Positions 59,936 through 64,000 of a DNA stretch of 64,000 nucleotides are shown piece by piece. How positions within the stretch are numbered: the stretch's first letter is position 1; each line of letters starts with the position of its first letter. Under the pieces are notes generated by a model that saw only the letters and a program-made list of their open reading frames with translations, had not been told where the DNA came from and searched no databases. The stretch is taken from the NCBI RefSeq assembly GCF_963676685.1, contig NC_092347.1:70514935-70578934 (forward strand), in the 5' to 3' direction. The stretch is from Mytilus edulis. Its lineage: Eukaryota. Made by a program: the position numbers and the translations under genes.

Positions 59936-62900
59936 TAATATGTCTTTCATTTATAATTATGTAAACATAATTTTAGAAGGAATTGAATATTAATCCCTTT
60001 CCAAGGCAAGGCAGCACTCGCAAAGTCGAAGGGATTAATTTAAGTTTCAAAACTTGTTTCCCAATCCACTAAAAATACATATGTTTAAACGGACAGTAGC
60101 TACGATTTTCATTAAAATTATTTTTTTAATCTATATGCCGGATTTTGTACAAAAAGTATGATTAAAACTATTACTGGTTACTTTCCATTTAGAATTCAGA
60201 AGCTTTTTAACGTTTAACACCAACATTAATTTATTGTCTATAGATAATAATTCGAGGTTAAGCCTAATCCTTATTCATATGATCTATGTTGACCTTTACT
60301 CTTCGGTTCCCAATGCGCAATCGCATATTTTTTCTGGAAGGGAAAATGGTCGAAGAGGGGAATGTTATCGCGGAAATGGTACTTGAATTCAGTTTCAGCT
60401 AGAACAGAAACAAAAAAGAGGTGCAGACAAGTTATTGTAAATAATAAATAAAAAACGTTGATGAGATTGGTCATTAAAATCACCAAAAACACCTACGACG
60501 CAGGAAAAGTCGAACAGAAGTAGCTGACGGTTTGCGTAATGTTTACATTTCTTAAATTTTCCAGATCACATGAATATAAATCGCAATGTGTTCATTATTG
60601 TCAAAAATATGTTTATAAATTACGGGCAGTGATCTCCCACCTTAGAAGAAATTAGAAATCAACTTCTTACAAGTATTATTCTTCAAGTGTATCCTTCATG
60701 GAGGCCCCAATTTAACACACAAACATGTGTATACATTATCGGCATGGTTTGGAGAATCTTGGGTTGGAATGATATGCCAGTTTTTGTTTTATTTTTTATT
60801 TACATAAATTGGGAAATGGCGTCAAATATGTACGTTTAATATAGAGTATTATCAAATACGTAAGAAAACAAAAAGCACATGTCCATACCTATTTATATCT
60901 TGGTTAGCTCACTCGCTGTGTCGGCAAGTAAACCCAATGCATAATTAATGAAATGAATAGGCACGCAACACGATATAAATGATCAATTATTAACACTTCT
61001 GTAGTTTATGAAAACATTCTAGCGATCTTATTGCTTATATTTAGTACATATCTTTGATTTTAGCAGCTTTAAAACTTGTTAATAATTTTGTCAAAATCGT
61101 AGCTACTATCACTTTAAAGTAAAGTAAGGATTTGAAAATATTCCTATTTTAGCAATGGGACAAATACAAGATGTAATGGCTTTTCCCTCACTTAATTTGA
61201 AATAGCTTATCACCAATTGGATAATTTAGTCATTTACAATGAAAAATATTATTGAGAATCAGATTATCTGGAGCTGTACTTTTCAAATACAATAACCCTT
61301 TCTACTATAAATACATATACATCATGACTTCACACCTACTGAACTTTTCATGCTATATACTTATTTATAAAAAATAAATGTGTGCATGCACAATTCTAAT
61401 ATTATGTTTGAAATTTCAACCTCCTTAACTAAACAAACTGAAGTCAAACGATTGACCTCCTTAAACTAATGTGCCACAGGCAAAAATATTTTACATCAAA
61501 CTTGCATGTACCCCAATCAGGTCAATAGATTTAAACACATTAACTTACCTCCAACGAACGACATAAGAAACTTTTAACTTATCCCAACTTAGGGAAAAAG
61601 ACTAAACCCCTCATTTACTTACCCAACTCAGGGCATAGTTGGTTTGCATCTTACTGCTGAAGTATTCTTTAACACCATTATCATTTTGTTTGTTTTCTGA
61701 AAGTATACAAAATCCAGTCTTCATAGGATAAATTTAGTGTTTCCTACAGGTGGTTTTGGCGTGTAATGGCGCCCTGCCGCGATTTCTCGACGCCCTGCCC
61801 TTTTTGGGAAAAAAAATTGGCGCCCTGCCCTAATTTTGTCGAAATTCCTGACGCCATGCCTTTATCGTCGTAATTAACAACCGGTACTGAAAGACATATA
61901 TTATGAATACCGCTCGAGTTATTTCCCTTCAAAACAAAAGTTCACTAGGTCGCCATTTTGTAATCGATTTCATAATCAGCTGATTAGCAAACTGCAATAG
62001 ATTGAATAGTGAATACAGATACTAATCACGGGTCCTGATTGTATCCGCCAAGTCCCAGAAACATCGTTTTGCCTAGAAGATTAATGAAAAAACATCGATG
62101 TGATGCTTAGATAATTTTTTTTTACAGCTGATAGATTTCTAATTTACATAATTTACATTGTTTGCATGGTTGAACAAGCCAATGAACGGCGATCATGAGA
62201 CATTTGTCAAATTGAAAAGTAAAAATTCTTTGCAAACTATTTTTTAAATACAAATGCTTGACTGTACCTTAAATGAAATGAATAAAAATCCGAACTAAAT
62301 TATTAAAAGCAGAATAATCCAGAAAATAAATGAATTCCTTGATCAAATGTTTTCTTTTGGTTTACAAACATGTCACATGATCATTTTAGGCGGGAAAAAT
62401 ACTTGGGAAAACACCTAAGTAACAGACAACTATGTCTGGCTATTTATAGACATTTAAAATAAACAGCTGATATATGGTAGTGCCATGAAAGTAGTAAAAC
62501 TTGTTGTATCTATATTAATTTAATTTGGAAAAGGGTGTAGAGGGGAAGGGGTTAATTTGTAAAGTTATTTTTTTTTTGTAATTTAATAAATTTTGGTTAC
62601 TAAAAATGACCCTGGATATCAGGGAATGTGTCAACCTGTTTTTAGGGAAAACAAGGAGGATTTGTCAATGACAATTGATATGACCAAAGCAATATTTTTA
62701 TATACATGTATATGACATAGTGCTTTCTTGTTTTTAAAGAACTGATTTTGTTTTTAATTGTGTTTATTGTTTTAAATATTTCATATATATATGTTTTACA
62801 CACTTTTTCTTGTTTAACAATTTGTTTTAATGATTGATTACAGATGTATATGTCCTTTTTATAGTATTAAACAAGTATGTTTTAAATGAATCCATTTTAT

Positions 62901-63649
62901 AGAAATTGCCTGTTTATGTTAAGTAAGTGCCCTAAAATTGTTGTCCATCGCGCTCAATGTGCCCTCTGAGCTAACAATTACCCTGCCCTTTTTAAAAGCT
63001 GCAGGAAACACTAAAATTGTTACATGTACATGTTAATACATTGTAGAAGTAAATAAAAGATATATCATGTATATAATTATGTTGTTTTAACCCTTTAATT
63101 TTAGACATATACTATTATGATTCAGGAATGTTTTCAATAAATGAAAGGAAAGATGTGATGTACTTTATGATCAAACAACCCAACTCAATTGATTTTTTTA
63201 CTACATTTGTACTAACATAAAGAAGTCTACATCCAAAATATTTTCTATGTTGAGAAAAAAAACCACAAAACTTTCTGTACATATATACACATGCATGGTA
63301 TGATCTCTGTATTGAAGGCTTTATTTTGACCTATAAGTTTGTGAACCCAAGCTCTGTGTTGAAGGCTGAACTTTGACCAATAATTGTTAACTTGTATTTT
63401 AAACATGTGACATAGATCTATAGAGAAATGTCTTATTGACACATCTTAATTGTGTTAGGCAGACACAAATACACCCAGTCATCATGTTCAACCACAAGAC
63501 CAAGTTTGTAAAATTCTTTATTATTGTCTGACTTCTATATACATGTATTTGCAGAAAAAAATCTTAAATTTTTATTTTTTTTTAATTTATATTTTTTTCC
63601 CTTGCCGATGATGTTACCAGAAATTTTTATGCATAATGGTAAAATGTAC

Positions 63650-64000
63650 TCTCTCTTTTAAACATTAAACTAGAGGCTCTTAAGAGCCTGTGTTGCTCAC
63701 CTTGGTCTATGTGCATATTAATTAAACTAAAGACACAGATGGATTAATGACAAAATTGTGTTTTGGTAATGGTGATGTGTTTGTAGATCTTACTTTACTG
63801 AACATTCTTGCTACTTACAATTATCTCTATCTATAATGAACATGACCCATTAGCATGATTAGTTACAGAGGAAATTATTTTGTTAAAATTTACAAAAATT
63901 TACAAAATTTATGAAAATTGACTGTAAAGGGCAATAACTCTTCAAGGGGTCAACTGACCATTTTGGTCAAGCTGACTTATTTGTAGATCTTACTTTGCTG
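63650..64000 (+). repeat. Repeat family D copy (5' part), running to the window end
   Basis: aaactagaggctcttaagagcctgtgttgctcaccttggtctatgtgcat...gattgactgtaaagggcaataactcttcaaggggtcaactgacc, colinear with 11050-11340. Confidence 0.6.

Noticed and set aside
1-64000. A prokaryotic defence or novel system (as suggested by the prompt)
   Set aside because: The sequence is clearly eukaryotic. It has spliced genes with GT-AG introns (MCMBP, C-type lectins), LINE and Penelope-like retroelements, MITEs, and low coding density. No operon-like gene arrays are present.

Overview
This window reads as eukaryotic nuclear DNA, not a prokaryotic locus. It is AT-rich, has GT-AG introns with GTAAGT-type donors, and is full of interspersed repeats. 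Together with a tandem C-type lectin cluster and Penelope-like elements, this is compatible with a bivalve or other mollusc genome; that assignment is inference. There is no prokaryotic-style defence system, no CRISPR array, no rRNA and no convincing tRNA gene.

Supported content:
- Host gene MCMBP on the minus strand (about 46.07-58.5 kb): at least 13 exons, with a CpG-dense 5' end.
- Three tandem C-type lectin paralogues on the minus strand (27.9-35.3 kb). In each, the lectin domain is split over two exons by a phase-2 intron. One of these introns carries a 33-bp satellite that appears to be an amplification of the 3' splice site and exon start.
- A Mutator-like (MULE) transposase with a C-terminal SWIM zinc finger, split over three reading frames (16.3-18.5 kb).
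- A LINE 3' fragment (7.44-8.29 kb), followed by a two-exon ORF whose downstream +1 frame carries a tyrosine-recombinase box-II-like (Crypton or KIAA1958-type) fragment.
- Three Penelope-like RT copies, two of which share the same 5' start.
- A 2.2-kb foldback-type element whose inverted arms are built from 21-bp tandem subrepeats, with a 7-bp target-site duplication.
- A 1.2-kb palindrome with a (TCCG)n-core MITE at its centre, and a second inverted copy of that MITE 1.4 kb away.
- A Tc1/mariner-like MITE with TA duplication.
- Several hairpin MITEs and at least four abundant SINE/MITE families.

All coordinates for repeat boundaries and some exon ends are approximate. They were read by eye, with no alignment software.
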